Source: Pelosinus sp. sgz500959 (GTDB lineage: Bacteria; Bacillota; Negativicutes; DSM-13327). Taken from it: a stretch of DNA of 24,000 nucleotides. The stretch covers positions 76,727-100,726 of the forward strand of contig NZ_JBGJZL010000005.1 in the NCBI RefSeq assembly GCF_042610375.1. Direction: 5' to 3'. Positions within the stretch are counted from its first letter, which is position 1; each line of letters begins with the position of its first letter. Below the pieces are notes generated by a model, which did not search any database, was not told the origin of the DNA, and saw only the letters and a program-made list of their open reading frames with translations. Of the stretch, positions 16,520 through 24,000 are shown piece by piece. The translations under genes were made by a program, and so were the position numbers.

Positions 16520-16663
16520 ATGAAGTGGGTAGATTTGGTGCTGGATCATTCTACCATCACAATTATTTGTTTAGTATTATGTTTACTGTTTCTCAATTTT
16601 GGCACCATAGTATGGGTGGTGATCATGGGGATTCTACTCTTTGCTTTATCAAAAATGATATGA
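16520..16663 (+). CDS. Hypothetical 47-aa two-helix membrane peptide (not in supplied ORF track)
   Basis: The ATG at 16520 is preceded by GGGAGG with ~7-nt spacing. The product is MKWVDLVLDHSTITIICLVLCLLFLNFGTIVWVVIMGILLFALSKMI, with the stop at 16661-16663. It lies between tkt and the strong hairpin at 16684-16719. There is no homology evidence. Confidence 0.4.
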   Translation: MKWVDLVLDHSTITIICLVLCLLFLNFGTIVWVVIMGILLFALSKMI

Positions 16664-16683
16664 ATTGTTGATTTCCCATGGGG

Positions 16684-16719
16684 ATAAAGAAGACTTAGCG
16701 TGAGCTAAGTCTTCTTTAT
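16684..16719 (+). terminator. Terminator hairpin downstream of tkt / small ORF
   Basis: A perfect 16-bp stem (ATAAAGAAGACTTAGC / GCTAAGTCTTCTTTAT) closes on a GTGA loop. The T-run is partly inside the 3' arm, and no long U-tract follows. Confidence 0.6.
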
Positions 16720-16969
16720 GTTAAAAAAATATTGGGAAAATTATGACATTTAGAGGGATTTAATATTATTATGTCGAAATCGATTAGTGAAGTAAATAAC
16801 GATATAGATTAATCTTTCAGAAGGTAGGGATTCAAAACCGTGGAAGATCGTAATTTAATGATTATCAGCTTGTATTTTGTACGTTTACATGAGGATACCT
16901 GGTAGTTTTTTTGTTATACAAGAAGAGGCAAAGAGTGAATTGATGAACATATAAAAAGGAGTGAAATCA

Positions 16970-18685
16970 ATGAAATTTTTTGATGATCTGAAAGTAAGCC
17001 TTAAAATTGGTGTATTGATCATGGTTGCATTACTAGCGATTGGCGTTATTGGTTACACGGGACGTTATTACCTAGAAATTTCTGAAAAAGATATGGATGT
17101 AATGTATGAAGAGCAGTTGATCCCAATTAAACTTTTAAATGAATGCAGCACACTTGTAGCCAAGGGGAATGCATTCACCTTGGCACTGATGCTCACTGAG
17201 GATGATAGACAAAATGACCAATTGAAAAAAAATATTGAAGATGGATCTAAGCAAATCACTGCTTCTTATAAAGAAATTGAAAGAATTAATTTTGACAATA
17301 AAGGAAAAGAACTGCTGGCTAAAATACAGATATCTAGAGAAAAATATCGAGTCGTGAGAAATCAAGTCGTTGAGTTGGCATTACAAAATAAAAACTCTGA
17401 AGCTTATGCTATATACATAACGCAGGTCGATCCTCTTGCTTTGCAATATATGAAAGAGTTACGAGAACTGAGTGATTACTATTCTGAACTGTCAAAAAAA
17501 ATTGATATTGCTAACCATGAAGCATCAGAAAAAGTCATGCAACTGATGACAACGATATTGACAGTTTCTTTTATCATATTGATCATCATTGGGTGGTATA
17601 TAGCTAGGAACATTACCAAACCACTAAATATCATGGTAGAAATTTGTGGAGAATTTGCAGCGGGAGATTTTCGCGACCGACCACGCCAGGTCATTCGGAA
17701 AGATGAAATTGGTCAATTAGCTGATACCTTAGCATCTACACGCACCAGTCTTCGTGCATTGATGAAGCAAGTCAATCAGTCTTCTGAACGATTGCTTGCC
17801 TCTTCAGAGGAGTTGACTGCTAGCGCTGGTCAGTCTGCTGAAGCTGCCGACCAAGTGGCCCAATCCATTGTTGATGTAGCAAATGCAGCAGATGAAGAAT
17901 TAAGAATCGCTACTCATACATCGGCGATTGTACAAGGAATAGCTACAGGTATCAAACGGGTTGCAACGAATGCCAATGAAGTGGCTGATCAATCCATGCA
18001 GGCTGCTAATAAGGCTGAGCAAGGTAATCAATCTGTAGATAAAGCCATCACTCAGATGAGTAAAATTGAACAGACGGTGAGTACTTCAGCTCAAGTTGTT
18101 GTCAAATTGGGAGAACGTTCGAAAGAAATTGGCCAAATTATCGATACCATCTCGGGAATTGCTGGGCAGACCAATTTATTGGCTTTAAATGCTGCGATTG
18201 AAGCGGCTCGTGCAGGAGAGCAAGGTCGGGGGTTTGCCGTAGTCGCAGAAGAAGTCCGTAAACTTGCAGAACAATCTCAAGCTGCAGCCAAGCAAATTGC
18301 CACGCTCATTGGTGAGATTCAAGATGATACAGGCAAAGCCGTAGTTGCGATGAGTAATGGTACGCGAGAAGTCAAGACCGGAGCAGAAGTTGTTAATGCT
18401 TCTGGTCTTGTATTCCAGGAAATTGTCGTCATGGTAACTCAAGTATCCGTTCGAACCCAAGAAATCTCTGAAGCCATAAAAGAAATGGCTAGTAATAGTC
18501 AGCAAATTGTCGGATCTGTGCAACAAATCGATGAACTTAGCAAAAAAACGTCAGCAGAGACTCAGATCGTTTCTGCTGCCACACAAGAACAATTGGCATC
18601 CATGGAAGAGGTCGCTTCATCCAGCCAAGAGTTATCTAATTTAGCAATGGAACTGCGCGAAGCTGTCGCCAAGTTTGAACTTTAG
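16970..18685 (+). CDS. Transmembrane methyl-accepting chemotaxis protein (4HB sensor, HAMP, MA domain)
   Basis: I prefer the ATG at 16970 (SD AAAGGAG 8 nt upstream) over the GTG at 16961. TM1 is [18 protein letters not shown] helical ~160-aa periplasmic region follows, then TM2 [18 protein letters not shown] and a HAMP domain. The canonical tip is [36 protein letters not shown]. Confidence 0.9.
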   Translation: MKFFDDLKVSLKIGVLIMVALLAIGVIGYTGRYYLEISEKDMDVMYEEQLIPIKLLNECSTLVAKGNAFTLALMLTEDDRQNDQLKKNIEDGSKQITASYKEIERINFDNKGKELLAKIQISREKYRVVRNQVVELALQNKNSEAYAIYITQVDPLALQYMKELRELSDYYSELSKKIDIANHEASEKVMQLMTTILTVSFIILIIIGWYIARNITKPLNIMVEICGEFAAGDFRDRPRQVIRKDEIGQLADTLASTRTSLRALMKQVNQSSERLLASSEELTASAGQSAEAADQVAQSIVDVANAADEELRIATHTSAIVQGIATGIKRVATNANEVADQSMQAANKAEQGNQSVDKAITQMSKIEQTVSTSAQVVVKLGERSKEIGQIIDTISGIAGQTNLLALNAAIEAARAGEQGRGFAVVAEEVRKLAEQSQAAAKQIATLIGEIQDDTGKAVVAMSNGTREVKTGAEVVNASGLVFQEIVVMVTQVSVRTQEISEAIKEMASNSQQIVGSVQQIDELSKKTSAETQIVSAATQEQLASMEEVASSSQELSNLAMELREAVAKFEL

Positions 18686-18951
18686 TCTCAAAGATTAAAA
18701 TGTATACCTGACAAGAAGTCTTATCAGGGATGATGAGCCTTCTTTTATAGAAGATATTTTATTGATAAAAGTCAACGTAACTGAGAGCGTAGATTGAAAA
18801 ATTAACCAAATATTAATGTATAAATAATAGCTAAGCTTATTTTTTATGTTATTGTAGAATAACAGATATCAATCATTTATCCTAATTGGCAAATAAAAAA
18901 TACTGTCAATTATCCACATAAGGGACGTTTTTTTAGAAAGGGGAGGATGTT

Positions 18952-19326
18952 TTGTATAAGTCACTGAAGATTTTGATTAGCGATGATTCCTTATTACTGC
19001 GAAAAAAATTAAGAGAAGAGCTGGAAAAACTAGGTTGCCAAGTGTTTGAGGCTAAAGATGGAGAAGAAGTGGTTGAAGCCTATTGTCAATGTCGCCCAGA
19101 TGGAGTCTTTATGGATATTGTTATGCCCAAGGTGGGCGGTCTAGAGGCTTTAAAAGAAATTAAAGAAATCGATGATAAGGCAAAGGTCGTTATGCTTTCT
19201 TCTCTGGGAACAGCTGCTGCCTTGTTAAAAGCGCTCAAATTGGGTGCAATTGACTTTATTCAAAAACCATATAATAGCAGTCAAATAGAGAATGCTGTCA
19301 ATAATATCAGTCGGAAGGAGAATTAA
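18952..19326 (+). CDS. cheY: CheY-like single-domain response regulator
   Basis: TTG start with SD AGGGGAGG 5 nt upstream; the nearby ATG at 18947 is out of frame and stops after 6 codons. The 124-aa product has acidic pocket ILISDDS, phospho-acceptor context GVFMDIVMP, and MLSS and QKPY (conserved Ser/Thr and Lys). Confidence 0.85.
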   Translation: MYKSLKILISDDSLLLRKKLREELEKLGCQVFEAKDGEEVVEAYCQCRPDGVFMDIVMPKVGGLEALKEIKEIDDKAKVVMLSSLGTAAALLKALKLGAIDFIQKPYNSSQIENAVNNISRKEN

Positions 19327-20193
19327 ATGTCAAGTCGATTTTTTGCCCAATATATACTAAATCAAGGGGTGCTGACTCCAGAACAAGTACAGGAAGCTCT
19401 TGAAGATGGACGCTCAGTTCAAGTGAAATTAGGAGTACTCGCTATTAATGAGAAGTTTTTGACTGCTGTACAAGTTGAAGAAATTCACAGATTACAACAT
19501 ATGGTTGACAAACGATTTGGTGAGATCGCCATCGATGAAGGCTATTTGTCAGAAGAGCAATTGATGATTCTCTTAGCTGCACAAAAAAATAGCCATCTTA
19601 ATTTTGGACAAACATTAGTTGATAAAGGATTCATGAATTTAGAACAATTAGAACGTGTTTTGGATGAGTATAAAAGAGAAAGTAATTTAGATCAAGAGTC
19701 GGATTTAGCTATCCTTAAAGAAGGTATTCGTACCCAATTAAATCTTTCACAAGAAGATGAAGAGGTAGAATTATATTATGATTATATATTACTTTTTCTT
19801 AGAGCAATCGTTCGTTTCTTGGATGCCAGTCCTTTAGTCATTCCAACTGTCCATGAGCAGAAACAGGATCAGTGGTCTGCTTTGCAAAGTATGACTGGAG
19901 ATGTCACTCTGCAGAGCAGTTTTACTGCTGATGATAAAGTTTTGCTAGAATTGGCACGTCGTTATAGTGGTGAAGAGATTCATGAAATAGATGAACTTGC
20001 CCTTGATAGCATAGGAGAGTTTTTAAATGTTACGAATGGACTTTTTTGCATTAATCTTTCGAATGCGGGGTTAGAACTTGATTTACATCCGCAAAGCGTT
20101 ACAAAAAATGCGGATTTTTTAATGAAAAAGAACCATACAGTAACGATCGATACTGGTTTTGGTAGAATCAATTTAGTAATGGCTAGGATGTAA
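19327..20193 (+). CDS. CheX-type CheY-P phosphatase domain fused to four N-terminal MshEN-like (T2SSE_N-type) motifs
   Basis: The ATG directly abuts the cheY stop, and SD GGAAGGAG lies inside cheY. The C-terminal IDELALDSIGEFLNVTNG..(x)..HP fits the CheC/CheX/FliY signature D/S-x3-E-x2-N-x~22-P. The N-terminal 115 aa form four 24-residue units separated by 5-residue spacers. Confidence 0.7.
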   Translation: MSSRFFAQYILNQGVLTPEQVQEALEDGRSVQVKLGVLAINEKFLTAVQVEEIHRLQHMVDKRFGEIAIDEGYLSEEQLMILLAAQKNSHLNFGQTLVDKGFMNLEQLERVLDEYKRESNLDQESDLAILKEGIRTQLNLSQEDEEVELYYDYILLFLRAIVRFLDASPLVIPTVHEQKQDQWSALQSMTGDVTLQSSFTADDKVLLELARRYSGEEIHEIDELALDSIGEFLNVTNGLFCINLSNAGLELDLHPQSVTKNADFLMKKNHTVTIDTGFGRINLVMARM

Positions 20194-20237
20194 ATAAGAA
20201 TATTGTAGGAGATTTTTCATGGTTTATTTATAGTGAG

Positions 20238-20268
20238 AAAAGCAGGCGGATCGCCTGCTTTTTATTTT
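20238..20268 (+). terminator. Rho-independent terminator of the cheY-cheX-like operon
   Basis: An 11-bp GC-rich stem (AAAAGCAGGCG / CGCCTGCTTTT) closes on a 3-nt loop. It is followed by TTTTTATTTT. Confidence 0.85.
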
Positions 20269-20639
20269 AGTGTGGCAGTTATTAAAAGCCCTTACATACA
20301 TTTTTTGTTACTATTCAGGAATTCGATAAGTTTAATCTATAAACAATATTCGTTCCTTTTTTGAAGGAAATGCCAATAATTTGTCGAAGTTTTAGTTATT
20401 GTACAATTTATAAAAAAATCGTAATTTGCACATTGTACGAGAATGAAAATTAGGGAAAAGATGACGGAAAAGCAAGACAAGAGTAGTGGGTAAAAATACA
20501 GAAAAATCTGAAATTTTAACAATAATATGTGAAGTTTATTAAAATGCCGTTGGAGGAAACAAAGGATTTTGGGATATAATCCAGCAGGTAGCTACTACGA
20601 GTGAGGAACAAGCCACTGGTAGGTAGGAGGCATAGGGGC

Positions 20640-22349
20640 GTGAGATATGGATTTCCCATACAAGAACTAGGGAAAATTAAAATATTTTCAGTAGAAGCAA
20701 TAGACTCTTTAGCAAAAATAGCAGGCGAGATATTGGAGTTGAGAATAACTCTTACTATTGCCCAGTCTCGGTTAATCATTGACGGCATCATGAACCAGTT
20801 ACATATTCTCAAGAAACAAGCTGCATTTTTTGGCTTAATGGAAATGTTGATGTTAATTCGCCAAACCCAGTATATGCTAGAGGCTATGCGCTCTGGAAAT
20901 TTGCAAGGGGACCCTGGGGCAGTGGAGATATTGCTAGATGCCAAAAATGTATTAGAAGAAATGATACGTGAATTTGGCGAGGCAAGTATAAAGCACCAGG
21001 GAGCTAAAGGCTTAGAGATCGAACTAGCTTGCGCCCAGGATACAGAATGGCTTATCACTTTCATTGAGCAACTATTATTGAAGAAAAATAATGCTGCTCT
21101 TATTCTAGTTCCTCAAGCATTAGTGAGCAAATTACCTGCGATTATTTATACCCCATTGATAAAACTAGAGATTCTTGAAAATAGTACAGAAAACCATCAA
21201 GAGGATAAGGAAACAGAATCTCTAAGTATAGTCAATGATGATTCAATAGAAATATTCAATAGCAAATCGACTACGGTAAGTGATGAAAAAATAGAAAAAC
21301 TACTCACGATCATTAGAGAATTAGGAAATAAAGATCATGCTTTTCATCAGATGTCTCGCAAACTGACAATAGAATATAATTTGCCTAATTTATCCCGCGA
21401 AACGAAGGCTATAGGACAATTTATCAATCGCATTGCAGCTGAGTTAGAAGAGGCGGTCATGTCCATGCGCAGGGTTGAATTAGGACTGATTTTTCTACAA
21501 TTCCCTCAGATGATTCGTGATATTGAATTGCAGACCGGAAAGAATATTGGTTTGACCATGGAGGGCGAACATGTCACAGTGGATAAAACCATTGTCAAAG
21601 AGTTATATAATCTGCTACTCAAGATCATATGCAACATGGCTAACTTTAACATTGAGGTTCCAGCAGAGCGAAAGGCAGCGGGTAAGGAAATTCAGGGACA
21701 TATCTGCCTTACGGCCTATTCTTCAGGTAACCGAATTGTAATTGAGGTTGAAAATGATGGTCGCAGTATGAGAGGAGGTGAGGCAGACGCTGAAGTGCTA
21801 GAAATTTCTGATTTAATGCTTAGTATAAATGAAGTGTATTACCAAATGGATGCTTTGCCGGCTAATCTAGAAATGATCAACCTGCCAGATAAAGGTAGTA
21901 AAATAAGGATTACTTTACCACCTTTCAGCATGAGATGTAATGGGTTATTAGTAGAAACATCTGGTGAATTATTGGCTGTGCCTTTAGATAATGTGGTTGA
22001 GATTATAAGAGTGACTTGTAAGCAATTGATAACTAGACGTGGGCGTCAGCTCCTATATCACCGGGGTGAAGTGCTCGGGATCATATCTCTGGCTACGATC
22101 TTAGGGAAGATTGAACAGCAAGATAATGGAAGTGTGACAGTATTGATCGTCGCAAATGGACAGAATAAAATTGGTCTCATCGTCCATAAACTGCACAATG
22201 AACAAGAGATTGTGTGTAAATCCTTACCAGACTACTTGAATCATAGTGAGTACATAGGAGGCGCTGCTGTAACTTGCGATGGTAAGGTAGCGCTATTGCT
22301 TAATATTTCGGCAATGATCAAAAAAATGAATTCTCAATTGTTATCATAA
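20640..22349 (+). CDS. CheA-like protein: HPt (P1) - linker - dimerisation (P3) - degenerate/truncated HATPase (P4) - CheW-like (P5)
   Basis: I favour the GTG at 20640 (SD GGTAGGAGG 9 nt upstream) over the ORF-track GTG at 20601, which has no SD. HPt is ..IMNQLHILKKQAAFFGL..MLEAMRSGNL. P3-P4 aligns with the CheA landmarks MSMRRVELGLIFLQFPQMIRDI..GKNIGLTMEGEHVTVDKTIVKEL. The N-box region is KIICNMANFNIE, G1 reads NDGRS, and no G2/lid is present. P5 is LLVETSGELLAVPLDNVVEI...IGGAAVTCDGKVALLLNI. Confidence 0.75.
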   Translation: MRYGFPIQELGKIKIFSVEAIDSLAKIAGEILELRITLTIAQSRLIIDGIMNQLHILKKQAAFFGLMEMLMLIRQTQYMLEAMRSGNLQGDPGAVEILLDAKNVLEEMIREFGEASIKHQGAKGLEIELACAQDTEWLITFIEQLLLKKNNAALILVPQALVSKLPAIIYTPLIKLEILENSTENHQEDKETESLSIVNDDSIEIFNSKSTTVSDEKIEKLLTIIRELGNKDHAFHQMSRKLTIEYNLPNLSRETKAIGQFINRIAAELEEAVMSMRRVELGLIFLQFPQMIRDIELQTGKNIGLTMEGEHVTVDKTIVKELYNLLLKIICNMANFNIEVPAERKAAGKEIQGHICLTAYSSGNRIVIEVENDGRSMRGGEADAEVLEISDLMLSINEVYYQMDALPANLEMINLPDKGSKIRITLPPFSMRCNGLLVETSGELLAVPLDNVVEIIRVTCKQLITRRGRQLLYHRGEVLGIISLATILGKIEQQDNGSVTVLIVANGQNKIGLIVHKLHNEQEIVCKSLPDYLNHSEYIGGAAVTCDGKVALLLNISAMIKKMNSQLLS

Positions 22350-22377
22350 AATAAGAAATTAAAGGGGATTTTTATTT

Positions 22378-24000
22378 ATGGAAAAAAAATTAGCAAAGCC
22401 CAATACAGCTGCAGGTCATTCAATCACTAGTAAAACTGGTGCAAATATTGATTCTGCTGAACAAATGAGTCTTAAACGGGACTTGGCGAAACGTAGAGCC
22501 ATGGATAAAGTGCGGTCAAGAACGGTAGCAAAGCAACAACAGTTGGCTGAGCGTATTGCGACTGCTACAGAACAAATGGCAGCGGGCATTGAGCAATCCA
22601 GCAACGCTGCTGCAGAACTAGCTGGTACTATGACTCAGATTGCGACTGGTGCGGAAGAAGCGTCATCAGCTGCTGAAGAATGTCGAGCAGCCGTCAATCA
22701 GATCGAAAAAGCAGCGATTGCGGCTGATGAACTTGTTAGAATTTCCTTGGAGAAGGTTAATGTAGCTCAGACGTTGGTGAAAACAACAAGTACTGATGTA
22801 GAGCAATTGATTAATGGTGTCAAAAATGCTGCTGATACCAACATGCAGTCTGGTCGATTGGTAGCCCAGCTTGAAAACCAATCCGTAGAAGTAGGCAACA
22901 TTGTGGAAGCAGTGGTGCGCATTGCTGATCAAACTAATCTACTGGCTCTAAATGCGGCGATTGAAGCAGCGAGAGCTGGTGAACATGGTCGTGGTTTTGC
23001 CGTCGTTGCTGATGAAGTGCGCAATCTAGCGGAAATTTCCGAGAAATCGGCTCGTGATATTCGTGCGCTGGTCGGCGAGATTCAAGATAATGTGAAGGTC
23101 GTTGTAAAAGATGTAGAAGATGCTGGTAATGCGGCCAATGAGGAAGTGGAAAAAGCTAAAAAGATCACTTCAGATCTTGCTAAAATTGAAAAAGATATGA
23201 ATGGTGTGCAAAAAGGTGTTACTGAGGTTGCACAAAATTCTAGAATCGTTACTGAGGGCACTAAGGAGTTTTTGGCAATTACCCAGCAAGTGGCTGCTGC
23301 CAGTGAAGAGCAGGGTGCCGCGACAGAAGAAATTAGTTCGACAATTAATGAACAGAATAAAGCCTTTAATGAAATGAGTACTGCTGCTAACGAATTATCT
23401 GAACTAGCAGAACAACTCAAAATATCCACTGATGCTCAAAAATCCTCGGAAGAATTGGCATCAGCTTCTGAACAATTGTCAGCCAATGTAGAAGAAGCAA
23501 GTACGGCTGCTGGGCAAATCATGAAGACGATGGAACAGTTAGGCGAAGGGGCTAAGATGCAAGCTGAGCTGACAACAAAAGGAGCTACTATCTCTGAGCG
23601 CCTAGCGTCTGCTGCTACACAAATGAAAGTTCGCGCGCAAGAGTCAGAAGGGAAAGTCAATGAACTACAGTCCATCTTAGTGATTAATAAAGAGGAAGTC
23701 GATAATATTATTAGTGGTGTTTCTGGTGCTGCTGAGGCTAGCTTTAAATCAGCGCAAAATATTAAACGACTAGAAGATACCACAAGACGCATTGATAAAA
23801 TTGTGGATGCGATTGTCAATGTGACCATTCAAACCAATATGCTCGCTGTTAATGGCTCGATTGAAGCGGCGCGGGCTGGTGAATATGGACGTGGATTTTC
23901 AGTTGTCGCTGGTGATATTCGTACTTTGGCTAACGAATCAGCCGATAATGCAGATAAAATCAAGGATCTAGTGCGCAATATTCAAAATCAAATTCAACAG
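22378..24000 (+). CDS. Soluble methyl-accepting chemotaxis protein with two tandem signalling (MA) hairpin domains, 3' end outside window (DosM-like)
   Basis: The ATG at 22378 (SD AAAGGGGA upstream) opens 541 codons that run to the window end. This ORF is absent from the ORF track because no stop is reached. There is no hydrophobic segment. Tip 1 is [38 protein letters not shown] (22921-23037). Tip 2 is [39 protein letters not shown] (23824-23940). Confidence 0.85.
   Translation, partial: MEKKLAKPNTAAGHSITSKTGANIDSAEQMSLKRDLAKRRAMDKVRSRTVAKQQQLAERIATATEQMAAGIEQSSNAAAELAGTMTQIATGAEEASSAAEECRAAVNQIEKAAIAADELVRISLEKVNVAQTLVKTTSTDVEQLINGVKNAADTNMQSGRLVAQLENQSVEVGNIVEAVVRIADQTNLLALNAAIEAARAGEHGRGFAVVADEVRNLAEISEKSARDIRALVGEIQDNVKVVVKDVEDAGNAANEEVEKAKKITSDLAKIEKDMNGVQKGVTEVAQNSRIVTEGTKEFLAITQQVAAASEEQGAATEEISSTINEQNKAFNEMSTAANELSELAEQLKISTDAQKSSEELASASEQLSANVEEASTAAGQIMKTMEQLGEGAKMQAELTTKGATISERLASAATQMKVRAQESEGKVNELQSILVINKEEVDNIISGVSGAAEASFKSAQNIKRLEDTTRRIDKIVDAIVNVTIQTNMLAVNGSIEAARAGEYGRGFSVVAGDIRTLANESADNADKIKDLVRNIQNQIQQ

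Noticed and set aside
16740-16969. Possible sigma-D/sigma-28 (TAAA-N15-GCCGATAT-like) promoter upstream of the MCP gene (AACGATAT at 16798-16805, GTCGAAAT at 16773-16780); similar partial matches occur upstream of cheY and the cheA-like gene
   Set aside because: Only partial -10 matches are present, with no correctly spaced TAAA -35 element. The consensus for this lineage is unknown to me, so the evidence is too weak to call.
18707-18748. Possible terminator after the TM MCP gene (CCTGACAAGA-AG-TCTTATCAGG, then ...CCTTCTTTT)
   Set aside because: The stem has a mismatch and an impossibly small loop. The alternative pairing is only 6 bp with a ~20-nt loop. It may still terminate, but I cannot support it as a feature.
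20516-21064. 182-aa minus-strand ORF overlapping the 5' part of the cheA-like gene
   Set aside because: It is antisense to a frame with a clear HPt domain. The product is Ser/Ile/Asn-rich with no recognisable motif and no SD, so it is most likely a chance open frame.
22416-23828. Four minus-strand ORFs (62-130 aa) inside the double-hairpin MCP gene
   Set aside because: They lie antisense to a 541-codon open frame with unmistakable MCP tip motifs. Their products are low-complexity Ser/Ala/Cys-rich strings typical of the reverse frame of Ala/Glu-rich coiled-coil genes. None has an SD.
1-24000. Looked for mobile elements, CRISPR arrays, defence-system genes, tRNA/rRNA, riboswitch-like GC-rich leaders and cre sites near the PTS operon
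   Set aside because: I found no terminal inverted repeats flanking a transposase or integrase, no regularly spaced repeats, no nuclease/helicase/methylase-type ORFs, no cloverleaf-like segments and no structured GC-rich leader. The window reads as core chromosome rather than an accessory island.

Overview
AT-rich chromosomal segment with no tRNA/rRNA genes, CRISPR arrays, transposases or phage genes that I can see. An SLH-domain plus beta-barrel (OmpM/Mep45-type) porin points to a diderm Firmicute (Negativicutes-like) host. Left to right: (1) the 3' end of an AlkA-type HhH-GPD glycosylase. (2) Two tandem TPR + GT9-like glycosyltransferase paralogs that differ by exactly four TPR units. (3) A convergent OmpM-like porin. 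(4) An AEC-family permease followed by a 33-bp perfect inverted repeat. (5) A near-consensus sigma-54 (-24/-12) promoter driving a LevR-type activator, Gat-family PTS EIIA-EIIB-EIIC and an AraL-like HAD-IIA phosphatase, followed after a hairpin by an AraM-like glycerol-1-phosphate-dehydrogenase-family enzyme, transketolase and a 47-codon membrane ORF. (6) A chemosensory cluster, the most unusual part. It holds a transmembrane 4HB MCP and a CheY translationally coupled to a CheX-type phosphatase whose N-terminus is four MshEN-like (c-di-GMP-receptor-type) 24-residue motifs. It also holds a CheA-like protein with an HPt histidine and a CheW-like domain but a decayed, truncated ATP-binding domain, and a soluble MCP with two tandem signalling hairpins (DosM-like) that runs off the window. 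I read this as a non-canonical, probably cytoplasmic, chemoreceptor-array module with a possible second-messenger input. All functional calls come from motif recognition by eye, not from database searches.
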